In this document: positions 45,406 to 55,047 of the stretch, piece after piece
Layout of the letters: every line of letters begins with the position of its first letter
Numbering within the stretch: the first letter of the stretch is position 1
IMG/VR virus record: IMGVR_UViG_3300021399_000157
Location: 3,032 to 67,031 of that record
Source: a virus
Lineage: Duplodnaviria > Caudoviricetes
DNA length: 64,000 bases
Direction: 5' to 3' (one strand)
Translations under genes and position numbers: made by a program
Notes under the pieces: model-generated
Database searches by the model: none
Seen by the model: the letters and a program-made list of their open reading frames with translations, nothing else
What the model was told of the DNA's origin: nothing

Positions 45406-47117
45406 TAACTATCACCTCCTGATACTGATACTAGTCCTATTCCGTCATTTACTAGGTTATTATTGCTATCGTAGATTTCTATAGGTATAAATCTCATTTT
45501 ATTACATAGTGTAATTTCTTCTTCTATTACTGATTTTTTCATGTGGAACTCGTCTTTACTAACCCAGTATATTTGATTTCCTAGTCTATCGTATCCTGAA
45601 AACCCTACGGTGTTATTCATTAGTATATATGATCCGTCTACTCCGTACATTTTTAGTCCGTTTTTATTTAGTTCTGCTATTAAAGAGTTTGCTTCGTCGT
45701 ATACTTCTATTTGTCCGTTTTGGTTTAGGTTACTTCCTAGTTTTAATGTACCACCTTTTATTAAATCTGCTGTTAAGTTTATTACGTTTATTTGCTCCAT
45801 ATTTAATACGTTATCTATGGTCCACGCACTATTAAACGGTCCGTTTATTCCTGAGTTAGAGAAACCTATACCTCCGTTATTTATCATTATTACGTTTGTA
45901 GCTGTTTCTTTTGGTAAGCTATCTACTACTAGTATCTTATCTCCTTCGTAGATAACGTAACTAGATCCTAAAGCGTTCCATATTTTATCCTGTGCTTCTT
46001 GTAGTTCTTGTCCTAGTGTTATTTGTAATGTAGCTGTGCTTTCGTCTACTATTTGTTGCGTTTGATTTGCTATAGAACTTACTAGTCCTGATAGTGTCGG
46101 TATGAAGTTTCCGAACTCCAATTGAGTATATTTATCTAGTACGCAGTCGTACTCGTATTTAATTATATTTGTTTCTAGTTCTATACCTAGCTTTTGATCT
46201 ATAACTTGTATAGTATCTCCTATATCTGATACTTTCTCTACATTTGCTGATAATGTGTAGTTTACTACTGGTACTGAGTTAGTATCTAAGTAAGTTTGTC
46301 CCTGTTCTGCTAGGTCGTTTACTAGTGCTTGTATATAAGCGTCTTCGTCTACTTCTCCTGTATCTTCGTCTTTATAGTCTTCTTCTACTATTTCGCTTTG
46401 GTCGAAGGTTACAGTTTTAGTATATGGTATGTCGTACTGTGTTTCGCTTTCTAGATATACGTCAGCTGTCGGATCATTAGCGTTTAGTAATATTCCGTCT
46501 TTTCCTACTGGCATTAGTTTTGTAACTACGTTATCCCAGTTATAAGTAGCTTTTATATCTTTTAAGTTTTTTCCGTATTGGATAGTAACTCCGTTATCTT
46601 GTCCTATACTGTCTCTAATTCCTATAGTCCAGTTATCCCTTACTAAATGTCCTCCGTATCTTTCTAGTAATACTTGTATAGCTTCGTATAGTGATTTTCT
46701 TACGCATCTATAACTAGCTATTTTAGTTATATCTGATATCGTAGTAAAAGGGCTTGTAGTATCTGTAGAACTGTTTAAGTGATCTAGTGCGTCGTTACAG
46801 TTTTTATCTACTACGTAACTATCCTGTATTAGATAGTTTTCACTATCATAGAATACGTGGTAGGCTTTTACTTTTATTTTAGTTCTTGTATTTTCTACGT
46901 TTGTTATCCTGAACGCTTGGTCTCCCTGTGGTGTATTGGCTACTATGATATTATTAGGAACTAGATAGTCTATATAAGATAGTGGAGCTTCTATACTTAT
47001 ATAGAAGTCTCCGTTATCTTCTTTATGTACTTTAGCCTTTGTAGTTTGTAGTACTATTTCTCCGTTGTTTGTATATTCTTTATCTGATGCTTCAAATATT
47101 TTTATCATTATAGCCAC
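45405..47117 (-). CDS. Tal / prophage tail endopeptidase-like hub
   Basis: GGHLVRDN, YGKNL..I, VVTKLMPVGKDG. Confidence 0.8.
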   Translation of the reverse strand: MAIMIKIFEASDKEYTNNGEIVLQTTKAKVHKEDNGDFYISIEAPLSYIDYLVPNNIIVANTPQGDQAFRITNVENTRTKIKVKAYHVFYDSENYLIQDSYVVDKNCNDALDHLNSSTDTTSPFTTISDITKIASYRCVRKSLYEAIQVLLERYGGHLVRDNWTIGIRDSIGQDNGVTIQYGKNLKDIKATYNWDNVVTKLMPVGKDGILLNANDPTADVYLESETQYDIPYTKTVTFDQSEIVEEDYKDEDTGEVDEDAYIQALVNDLAEQGQTYLDTNSVPVVNYTLSANVEKVSDIGDTIQVIDQKLGIELETNIIKYEYDCVLDKYTQLEFGNFIPTLSGLVSSIANQTQQIVDESTATLQITLGQELQEAQDKIWNALGSSYVIYEGDKILVVDSLPKETATNVIMINNGGIGFSNSGINGPFNSAWTIDNVLNMEQINVINLTADLIKGGTLKLGSNLNQNGQIEVYDEANSLIAELNKNGLKMYGVDGSYILMNNTVGFSGYDRLGNQIYWVSKDEFHMKKSVIEEEITLCNKMRFIPIEIYDSNNNLVNDGIGLVSVSGGDS

Positions 47118-47809
47118 CTCGTATAGTTAGATATAGTAGCACTCGTTACGCTTCCTGTTATTTCTACTGTATTAGCTCCAGTTTCTATTTTAAAAAGGCT
47201 ATAGTCTCCTGTTACGTGTCTATTCATTAAAGCTGTAGTGTCTGGGTTGTATGCTTGCATTTCTGTAGTATCTATAGTTATTTCTGTATCGTTTTCTCCT
47301 AAGTCTATACTAAATATTTGTATTCCGTTTAGTTCTACTTCTATAGTCCCTGATCCTGATATATTTAGAACTGGTTTAGCGTATATATTTCCTGCGTTTG
47401 TTACTGTAGTTTCTCCTGATATAGTTATAGTTTCTTCATGTACTGGATATTTGAAAGGTTGTACGTGCATTCTTACTTTAGCTGTTTTAAATCTGATTAG
47501 TCTTTCAAAGTCTATTTGTCCTAGTATTTGATAGTTATAGTATTTATCGCTTTCATTAGAAAAAACTACAGTACCTTCGCTATTAAAGTATTCTATTACT
47601 TGATCTATATCAAAGTCTCCATATAAGCCTATTTCTATTTCTTTGTCGTATGCTGAGTAGCCTAGCGTAGTTACTATATCTCCGTCTCGTCCGTCTATTT
47701 CTTCTGTTTGAGTTCTTATTTTAGGTTTTGTGATAGGTGGTAGCTCTGATATTAGTAGTCCTGTTATTGTATTAGAGTTTACTCCGTTTAGAATTATATA
47801 ATTTCTCAT
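47108..47809 (-). CDS. Distal tail protein (Dit)
   Basis: EEIDGRDGD, FSNESDKYY, VQPFKY. Confidence 0.85.
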   Translation of the reverse strand: MRNYIILNGVNSNTITGLLISELPPITKPKIRTQTEEIDGRDGDIVTTLGYSAYDKEIEIGLYGDFDIDQVIEYFNSEGTVVFSNESDKYYNYQILGQIDFERLIRFKTAKVRMHVQPFKYPVHEETITISGETTVTNAGNIYAKPVLNISGSGTIEVELNGIQIFSIDLGENDTEITIDTTEMQAYNPDTTALMNRHVTGDYSLFKIETGANTVEITGSVTSATISNYTRWL

Positions 47810-47823
47810 TTTACCACCTCCTA

Positions 47824-50250
47824 TTAATTATATATTGCGTTCGTTACGGTTGTTTCTACGAAGCGTCCTACTGTTTCGTCGTCTAGTTCTATCTTCATTT
47901 CTGATAGTGCTTCTTTAAATGCTTCTACCATATTAAAATAGCTACCTGTTTCTGATGCTATATTGCTTCCTACGTTTAGATCCGTATCAAAGTTAGTAGG
48001 TATAGCGTTTTGCATTTCGTTTGTTACATTAGACATTTCGTCTGTGAAACCTTCTCCTATACCTAGTGCTAGATTTTTTCCTACTTCGTCTCTAAATACT
48101 GTACTAGGTGAATGTATTCCGAATATTTTCTTTATTCCTTTTAGTACTGATTTACCGAAGCCTTTTATTTTATCTAGTATCCAGTCTGTAGCATTGTTAA
48201 TACCTTCCCATAGTCCTTTTACTATATTTTTACCTACGTCTCCTAGTTTTCCTATTCCGTTTGTTATTCCTTCTTTTACTTTGTTTAGTAAATCTTTTCC
48301 TATGTTTATCATATTTTTAAAGTTTTGCTTAATTCCGTTTATTAGTGAAGTTATAATTTGAGGTATTTTTGCTACTAGTTGCGGTATAGCTTTTATTAGT
48401 CCTTCTGCTAATTTAATTGTTAAAGTAATACCCATTTGAATTATTTTAGGTAGATTATTTACTATAGCATTTACTAGTTTATCTATAATAACTGGTATTT
48501 TATCTATTAGCTGTGGTAGTGCGTTTATTAAACCGTCTGCTAGTCCTATAATTAGTTGTATTCCTGCGTCTATTAGTAGGTCTATATTATCTAGTAACGT
48601 ATCTACCATAGTTAGTACTGCTTCTATCATTTGCGGTATTAGTGTAGGTAGTTGCTGAGCTATTCCCTGAACTAGTGATACTATTAGTTGTATACCCATT
48701 TGTAGTATCTTAGGTAGATTTTGAATAATAGTAGTTAGTAAAGTATTTAGGATCTGCATAGTAGCATTCATTATAGCTGGCATATTTTGTTGTATCCCGT
48801 TTATTAGTCCGTTTATAATATTTACTCCAGCGTCTAGGAATTGTGGTAGTATAGCTATTATTCCGTTTAGTATTTGCGGTAGTGCGTTCATAATTCCTTT
48901 AGATATATTCTCTACTGCTGGCATTACGTTTCCTAGTAGTCCTAGATTACTTTCTGATCCGTCTCCTGCTATTGTTAGCATTAAATTACGTACTAAGTCT
49001 TCTATATTGGCGTTGTCGTCTGCTATTCCCGTTAGTAAGTTACTCCACGCTGATTTCATAGCGTTAAATGATCCCTGAATAGTAGTCCCAGCTTCTTTTG
49101 CAGTAGTTCCTGTAATTCCTAGTTCTCCCTGTATTACGTGGATAGCTTGATATACGTCATTTAGGTTATTTATATCGTATTTTATTCCTGTTATTTTTTC
49201 TGCATCTGCTAGTAATCGCTCCATTTCACCTTTAGTACCACCATATCCTAGTTTTAGGTTATCTAGCATTGTATAGTTTTGTTTAGCGAAGCCTTGATAG
49301 GCGTTTTGGATCATTTCCATACTTGTACCCATTTTATTTGCGTTATCAGCCATATCTGTTACCGCCATATCGCTGACTTCTGCTACTTTTTCTGTATCTC
49401 CGCCTAGACTTTGTAATAATGATGCTGAGAAACTAGTAACTGTACTCATATACTCGTTAGCGCTTAGCCCTGCTGTCCTGTAAGCATTATTTGCATAGTC
49501 TAGAACTATATCAGAACTATCTTTGAATAGTGTCTCTACTCCACCTACTAACTGCTCGTATTCTCCGTAGCTTGCTAGGGCTTGCTTACCTACGTTTACG
49601 AATGCACTTCCTAGACTTTTTAGTCCATTTATAGCTGAGTTTATAGCTTGCGTACCTAGATTAGCTAGAATATTTTTAAATACTGTATATCCTTCTCCTG
49701 ATTTCTCGGCTTTTTTTCCGCTTTCTTCGGTTTCATTACCTAGCTCGTCTATTTCTTTAGTAGTTTTATTTACGGTAGCTTCTGCTTGGTTTAATTGTGT
49801 CTTCATTTTGCTTAGTGCTATCTCGTTTTCGTTCATATTTTGAGAACTTTTAGCTACTGCAGTTGCTAGATCGTTTACTTTTGCTTGTTGATCTTGATAA
49901 GCTTGGCTATTTTCTCCTGATGCTTTACGGACGTTTTCTAGTTCTTGCTTTTCTTTCTCGTATTCTTGAACTAATTTATCGTGTGCTTGGGCTTGTTGGC
50001 TTACTTTTGCACTAAAAGTATCGTATGAGCCTTTTAAACTGTTGTAGGCTTGTACTTGTTTAGCTAGTACTCCGTTTAAATCGGTAGTTTTTGCTTTTAA
50101 AGTGGATAAAGAACTATCATTTTTATCGTATCTACTTGCTACTGCTGTTAGTTCTGATCCTGTTTCTCGTAAGCTTTGTGTTATTTGCTTTAATGCGTTT
50201 TTATACTCGTCTGCTCCTGTTAATTTTATTGATCCTCCAAAGCTAGCCAT
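47824..50250 (-). CDS. Tape measure protein
   Basis: 808 aa; YTMLDNLKLGYGGTKGEMERL; FGIHSPSTVFRDEVG. Confidence 0.92.
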   Translation of the reverse strand: MASFGGSIKLTGADEYKNALKQITQSLRETGSELTAVASRYDKNDSSLSTLKAKTTDLNGVLAKQVQAYNSLKGSYDTFSAKVSQQAQAHDKLVQEYEKEKQELENVRKASGENSQAYQDQQAKVNDLATAVAKSSQNMNENEIALSKMKTQLNQAEATVNKTTKEIDELGNETEESGKKAEKSGEGYTVFKNILANLGTQAINSAINGLKSLGSAFVNVGKQALASYGEYEQLVGGVETLFKDSSDIVLDYANNAYRTAGLSANEYMSTVTSFSASLLQSLGGDTEKVAEVSDMAVTDMADNANKMGTSMEMIQNAYQGFAKQNYTMLDNLKLGYGGTKGEMERLLADAEKITGIKYDINNLNDVYQAIHVIQGELGITGTTAKEAGTTIQGSFNAMKSAWSNLLTGIADDNANIEDLVRNLMLTIAGDGSESNLGLLGNVMPAVENISKGIMNALPQILNGIIAILPQFLDAGVNIINGLINGIQQNMPAIMNATMQILNTLLTTIIQNLPKILQMGIQLIVSLVQGIAQQLPTLIPQMIEAVLTMVDTLLDNIDLLIDAGIQLIIGLADGLINALPQLIDKIPVIIDKLVNAIVNNLPKIIQMGITLTIKLAEGLIKAIPQLVAKIPQIITSLINGIKQNFKNMINIGKDLLNKVKEGITNGIGKLGDVGKNIVKGLWEGINNATDWILDKIKGFGKSVLKGIKKIFGIHSPSTVFRDEVGKNLALGIGEGFTDEMSNVTNEMQNAIPTNFDTDLNVGSNIASETGSYFNMVEAFKEALSEMKIELDDETVGRFVETTVTNAIYN

Positions 50251-50313
50251 ATTTCACCGTCCTTTCTATGTTTCACGTGAAACATTTTTTATTTTTATTT
50301 TCTTTTTGAAAAG

Positions 50314-50562
50314 TTATAGCCATTCTTCTTCCTGTTGTTGTCTACTATATAGCTGGCTATATGTTACGTTTTTAGCCTTCATTTGTAGTTCTAGGTCGAA
50401 GTCGTTCTTGTAATGCTGATATAGTTTATTAAATAGTCTATACGTTAGCCTTCCTGTCTCTTTAAATGATAGATTTAGTTTTGTTTTCCCGACGAAATAA
50501 AAGAAAGTAAAATCTATAGGTTTACTTTCTTCGTCTATAACGTCAGGAATTATGCGTTTTTT
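50314..50562 (-). CDS. Tail chaperone GT extension reached by -1 frameshift
   Basis: A AAA AAC slippery site at 50556-50562; the -1 frame stays open to TAA at 50314 (..IDFTFFYFVGKTKL..EEEWL). Confidence 0.7.
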   Translation of the reverse strand, partial: KKRIIPDVIDEESKPIDFTFFYFVGKTKLNLSFKETGRLTYRLFNKLYQHYKNDFDLELQMKAKNVTYSQLYSRQQQEEEWL

Positions 50563-50900
50563 CCTTCGTCTGTCTTAGTGCTTTCTATTACGGTATCTTG
50601 TAAACTTTTAGTCATATTTTCTAGTCCGATATCTGTAAGCATTCTACCTACGAAAGCTGGAGTAACTGGTTTATATTCTGTACCGTTTTCTTCTGCTTCT
50701 ATAGATAGTCCTTCGTTTAGCATTTCAGTATATCCGAACTTTAACGCTTTTACGTTTACTTCTTGATCTAATCCAGAAGTTAGCTCGGTCCATTTCTCTA
50801 GTGTTCCGTATTCTTCTTGGATAGCTTCCATTACATTTAGATTAAATACTATTTTATATTCTTTTTCTTTATATGTTATTTTTCCTGCATTATCTTTCAT
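50550..50900 (-). CDS. Tail assembly chaperone G
   Basis: VFNLNVMEAIQEEYG; between major tail and tape measure. Confidence 0.8.
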   Translation of the reverse strand: MKDNAGKITYKEKEYKIVFNLNVMEAIQEEYGTLEKWTELTSGLDQEVNVKALKFGYTEMLNEGLSIEAEENGTEYKPVTPAFVGRMLTDIGLENMTKSLQDTVIESTKTDEGKNA

Positions 50901-50920
50901 TTCATTATTCCTCCTATATT

Positions 50921-50952
50921 AAAAAAAGGGGTAGGCTTATCTACCTACCCTG
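50921..50952 (-). terminator. Terminator after the major tail gene
   Basis: AAAAAAAGGGGTAGG...CCTACCC. Confidence 0.6.
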
Positions 50953-50955
50953 TTA

Positions 50956-51516
50956 TTATTCTCCTGAAGCTTCTCCGAATAAACCTGATAGATAAGTTCT
51001 GGCTTCTTCCATTGTATCGAATGTTTGAGTTTTACTCCAGTTTCCGTTAGCTAGTGTAGATACTATACCTTCGAATGTAGTAGTACCGAACTCTACACTT
51101 TCTCCTTTTGTTGTATTTTCTTGGCTAGGCTCTGAGAATTTAACTTTACTTAAGAATTCTACTTTGTATTTATATACTCCGCCTACCATTTTAGTTACGA
51201 TACGTCCTAAACCTACGTAAGGGGCTACGTCGTTAGCGTTACGTATCATTTCGTCTCCTGTTACAGTATGTCCTAGTAATTCTGCTTGTGTACTTATATC
51301 TGCGTTATCTAGTTCTATTGATACTGTTCCACTTTGGAAGCTTGTATCACTTTCTGCTAGTCCGTCGTCTGCGTATAATTTAGCATCATTACTAGATATA
51401 CTTACACTACAACTTACAGCTTTACCAGGCTTTTTACCTGCTCCGTATGTAGCTGTTCCGTCTGTAGCTTCTGTAAGTATTCCATATAAAAAGTTTTGTA
51501 CTCCTATTTTAGCCAT
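50956..51516 (-). CDS. Major tail protein (phi13-like)
   Basis: AKLYADD..AESD; APYVGLG; TKGESVEFGT. Confidence 0.9.
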   Translation of the reverse strand: MAKIGVQNFLYGILTEATDGTATYGAGKKPGKAVSCSVSISSNDAKLYADDGLAESDTSFQSGTVSIELDNADISTQAELLGHTVTGDEMIRNANDVAPYVGLGRIVTKMVGGVYKYKVEFLSKVKFSEPSQENTTKGESVEFGTTTFEGIVSTLANGNWSKTQTFDTMEEARTYLSGLFGEASGE

Positions 51517-51865
51517 TGTTCTCCTCCTTTATTTTTGCAAAGCATAGCGTCTTATGATAGTATCCTGTATCGTCCTCGTATAGATCCTGAGACGTCATAC
51601 TAGGTTGCCATTCCCAGCCGTTAGCTTTTAATATTTCTTTTACACTTTCTATTATTGTTAGATAATTACCTTTACTATATATATCAAAGTCATAGTAGGT
51701 TACGTAGGCTTGTAATTCGTCGTCTGCACTAAAAGAAGTATCGTCCTGTATTTCTTGATATGTTATATAGGTAGTTGCTTTACCTGTATATTTTAGAAAC
51801 GCTACAGGAATAATTACTCCTGATACTGCAAAATTAGTAAATATTGTTTGTAGTTCGTTATTCAT
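51509..51865 (-). CDS. Tail terminator protein
   Basis: YDFDIYSKGNY, DLYEDDTGYYH. Confidence 0.75.
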   Translation of the reverse strand: MNNELQTIFTNFAVSGVIIPVAFLKYTGKATTYITYQEIQDDTSFSADDELQAYVTYYDFDIYSKGNYLTIIESVKEILKANGWEWQPSMTSQDLYEDDTGYYHKTLCFAKIKEENNG

Positions 51866-52280
51866 TTAATAGTCCTTTACTAAATTTTCTTTGAGCTTCT
51901 AGCATAGCTTTTTCTATTTGTGCCTTTTTGAATGATCTTCTAAAAAAGGGTTGCTTCGTAAACTTACTTGATCCGTATTCGAATACGTTAGCTACTAGCG
52001 GTGCTGGAGTTTTTACTCCGTCTTTATTTGTGAAATATCCGAAGAAGCCTACTTTCGTATTAATTCCGTTATCTGTTGGAGTTTTATATACTTTAGTTAC
52101 TTTTAAGCAATTCATTATATTACTACTTGCGAAACTCTTAGGTATATTACTCTTTACGTTCTTAATAGTTACGTCTGCTCCTGCTTTAGTCATTTCTCCA
52201 AATATTTTATCGCTATTTCCGTTAATGTACTCTATATCTTTTAAGATCTCTGTAGGTAGTTGCATTACGAATTTAGCCAT
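51858..52280 (-). CDS. HK97 gp10-like tail completion protein
   Basis: ANVFEYGSSKF.KQPFFR. Confidence 0.8.
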   Translation of the reverse strand: MAKFVMQLPTEILKDIEYINGNSDKIFGEMTKAGADVTIKNVKSNIPKSFASSNIMNCLKVTKVYKTPTDNGINTKVGFFGYFTNKDGVKTPAPLVANVFEYGSSKFTKQPFFRRSFKKAQIEKAMLEAQRKFSKGLLNE

Positions 52281-52642
52281 TAATGAGTTACCTCCTTAGC
52301 TTGTAATTCTAACTCTACGTTAGCGTAGTCTATATTGTTTAGATATTCTATCTTATAGTCTTTATCTCTGAACTTTATTAAAATATCTCTATTAGAGTTT
52401 TCGCTATTGTAATATGCGTTTTCTACCGTTTGCGAATATCTTATAGTAAAGTTTACGTATGCTTTCTCAAAGTCGCTATTATTAGTAATTAGGGTATAGC
52501 CACGTAGTGTCTTTACCTCTGCGTATGTAGTTAGGATATCCTGTTCTACGTTTGCTGGGAAGCCTGCGTCGTCTATACCCTCTACTATTTTATATATAAC
52601 TATTTTACGATTATACTTACCTGCGTTTACTGTTTTAGTCAT
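52280..52642 (-). CDS. Head closure (head-tail joining) protein
   Basis: NAGKYNRKI...FTIRY...YKIEYLNNID. Confidence 0.8.
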   Translation of the reverse strand: MTKTVNAGKYNRKIVIYKIVEGIDDAGFPANVEQDILTTYAEVKTLRGYTLITNNSDFEKAYVNFTIRYSQTVENAYYNSENSNRDILIKFRDKDYKIEYLNNIDYANVELELQAKEVTH

Positions 52643-52935
52643 AGTAAGTTTATACTATGCATTCCTAGAATTGTCTCTACTGGATAAGATAGAGACGCTT
52701 TATCTACATATAGCGTCCTGTTATCCCACATATCCTGACAAAGTATCAATACTACTATTACGAAGTCTTGATAGTTATCTAGGTCTGCTTGTCCTGTATA
52801 ATTTGATATAAAAGTCTTAGCAATTTCTAATAAGTTAGATAGTGTCTTTTCGTCGTCTTCTGATACTTCTACTAGTCTGATATATTCGGCTATATCGTTA
52901 GTAGTTATATCGCTTACTTTTGAAATACTATTCAT
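52639..52935 (-). CDS. Head-tail connector (gp6-like)
   Basis: EYIRL..DDEKTL..AKTFISNYTG; DMWDNR. Confidence 0.85.
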   Translation of the reverse strand: MNSISKVSDITTNDIAEYIRLVEVSEDDEKTLSNLLEIAKTFISNYTGQADLDNYQDFVIVVLILCQDMWDNRTLYVDKASLSYPVETILGMHSINLL

Positions 52936-52983
52936 TTTCTACCTCCTTCTGTTTGGAGTTACCTAAGCAACAAATAATATTTT

Positions 52984-53151
52984 TTAGTCTTCTAATTCTT
53001 CTTGTACTTTTTTTTCTTTTTTTGCTGGTTTTACTTCTTCAATGTATCCAGCGTTTAGTAAATCTTTTACGATTTCCTTATCGTTAATTTCTTTTACTTC
53101 ATCTTTTCTCATTGAAACTGCTCCAGCAAATGATTTTAACGCTTTATACAT
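52984..53151 (-). CDS. Small protein not in the ORF track (55 aa, MYKALKSFAGAVSMRK...)
   Basis: RBS AAAGGA; typical short gene after HK97 capsid genes. Confidence 0.65.
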   Translation of the reverse strand: MYKALKSFAGAVSMRKDEVKEINDKEIVKDLLNAGYIEEVKPAKKEKKVQEELED

Positions 53152-53168
53152 TATTTAGTTCCTTTCTA

Positions 53169-54314
53169 TTAGCTAGCCATTTTTACTGCTACGATTTTTT
53201 GAGCGTTTTCTACTTTACTATCGAACTCGATCCAACCTACTACTCCTACTGCGTGCATAGTAGCGTATTTTTCTCTTAATACTTGGATATTTAAGTCTTC
53301 TGAGAATTTAGTAGCTAGTCCTGACATATCTCCGTAGTAAATAACTGTCTTTCCTGCTTCCATATCTGGCATATTATCTGATACATATACAGGTTTTCCT
53401 AGTAAGCTCTTTCCAAATGGTAAGCTGATATCGTCTTGTAATAAATATCTTCCCATTTTGTCTTGTAATGAACGAATAGCATCTCTTGTAGCTGGAGACA
53501 TAATCCAGATAGCGTTATCTTGATAAACGTCTTTTACTTGTCCTTGAGCTAAGATTAATTCGTCTGCATCAATAGCTGTAGCACTAGCTGTAGTTTTTAC
53601 ATTAGATAAATCTGATAAACCTGTTACTGATCCTTTTCCGTTTAATAGTACGTCTTCTATAAATCTAGAAATATCGTAAGCCATTACGTCTACTACGAAA
53701 GCTACGATATCGAATTGAGCGTTATTGATTAAAGATCTAGATACTAAAGATAATGCTCCTGCTAAGTATCCTTCTAATGTGATGCTATCTAATTTTCCGA
53801 TATTGCTTTCTAAGTCTGTGAACTCGTCAGCAAATGCTACTTTAATAGATTGTGTACTTTCGTCATAGAATGGTAATTCTAATTTTCCTTTTACGTTATA
53901 TTTAGTTGATCTTTCTAAGATAGGTGAAATATCATATACTTTTTTGATAATACGGTTAGCTATTGTTGTAGGAATAACTGCTCCGTTATCTGTTAAAGTC
54001 ATATTAGTAGCTCTTTCGTTAGTTACTACTCCTCTGATATAATCAGCGAATGCTTTTTCTTCGTTTAATGCTCTTTCTTCCTTTTCTACTTCTACTTCTG
54101 TTTCTTTTTCTTCCACTGGTTTTCCTCCTTCCATTTTATCAAAGTCTTCTTTAATTCCTAGTGTTTTAATAATGCGTCTTACATTATCTCTGATTTCTGC
54201 TAATTCTTCTGCTTCTGCTTCTGTTAGCTCTCTTTTTTCTTCTTTAGCCTTATTTAGAACTTCTTCGGCTCTAGTAATAAGATCATTCTTTTTTTCGTTT
54301 AATTCTTTTTCCAT
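53169..54314 (-). CDS. Major capsid protein, HK97 family
   Basis: N-terminal coiled-coil delta domain; GAVIPTTI; LLGKPVYVSDNMP. Confidence 0.95.
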   Translation of the reverse strand: MEKELNEKKNDLITRAEEVLNKAKEEKRELTEAEAEELAEIRDNVRRIIKTLGIKEDFDKMEGGKPVEEKETEVEVEKEERALNEEKAFADYIRGVVTNERATNMTLTDNGAVIPTTIANRIIKKVYDISPILERSTKYNVKGKLELPFYDESTQSIKVAFADEFTDLESNIGKLDSITLEGYLAGALSLVSRSLINNAQFDIVAFVVDVMAYDISRFIEDVLLNGKGSVTGLSDLSNVKTTASATAIDADELILAQGQVKDVYQDNAIWIMSPATRDAIRSLQDKMGRYLLQDDISLPFGKSLLGKPVYVSDNMPDMEAGKTVIYYGDMSGLATKFSEDLNIQVLREKYATMHAVGVVGWIEFDSKVENAQKIVAVKMAS

Positions 54315-54316
54315 AG

Positions 54317-55033
54317 TTATTTTTCCTCCTTCATTTCTTTTATGATTTCTTCATATTTTGAATAATCTATGTTTTTATCAACAATTTCTTGTTGCTTAGG
54401 CTCTGCCTCTGTTGATACTTCTTCTCGTACCTCTGCATCTTGTGTAGATGCTTCCTCAGTTTGAATTACTTCTGTTCCTTCTTGGTTTACTGGTAATTCT
54501 TCCTGAGCTTCTTCTTTTACGTCCACTTCGTCTATGAAGTCTTCACCTCTAAAATGCATTATATCGTCTTCTGATCTTGCACTTATTAGAGTACCTTCAT
54601 AAGCTGGGCTTTTTCTTTTATCTAGAATTGATACTTCGGCTAGGTCTAGGTCTTTTACTGCTCTATGTGGTATTCCGTCTCTTATAGAGTTTACTACGTC
54701 TCTATCTGAGAAACCGAAACTCCAGCCTACTAGTTCTCCTGCTCTAGCTTTTTTAATTACTTCTGGATCAGTTATAGTAGCTCTAGCTTTTAGTCCTATA
54801 TTATCTTCTTCTAATTGTAGGTTTCCTGCTTTAGTGCTTCCTAAGTCTCTGTTCCAGTCGTGATTTAGTAAGATATGTACGTCGTCATTTCTTTTTAATG
54901 CTTTTTTAAATGCTCCTTTACATATCCTTTCTATAAATTGTCCTACTCTACTCCATAGCGGTTTACTATCACGCTCTATAGCGTTTACGTATCCCTCTAT
55001 TTCTACTTTATCAGCTCTGATATTTACTTTCAC
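54317..55033 (-). CDS. Prohead protease, HK97 family
   Basis: LLNHD, GWSFGF, EVSI. Confidence 0.92.
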   Translation of the reverse strand: MKVNIRADKVEIEGYVNAIERDSKPLWSRVGQFIERICKGAFKKALKRNDDVHILLNHDWNRDLGSTKAGNLQLEEDNIGLKARATITDPEVIKKARAGELVGWSFGFSDRDVVNSIRDGIPHRAVKDLDLAEVSILDKRKSPAYEGTLISARSEDDIMHFRGEDFIDEVDVKEEAQEELPVNQEGTEVIQTEEASTQDAEVREEVSTEAEPKQQEIVDKNIDYSKYEEIIKEMKEEK

Positions 55034-55047
55034 TTTATCACCTCCTT

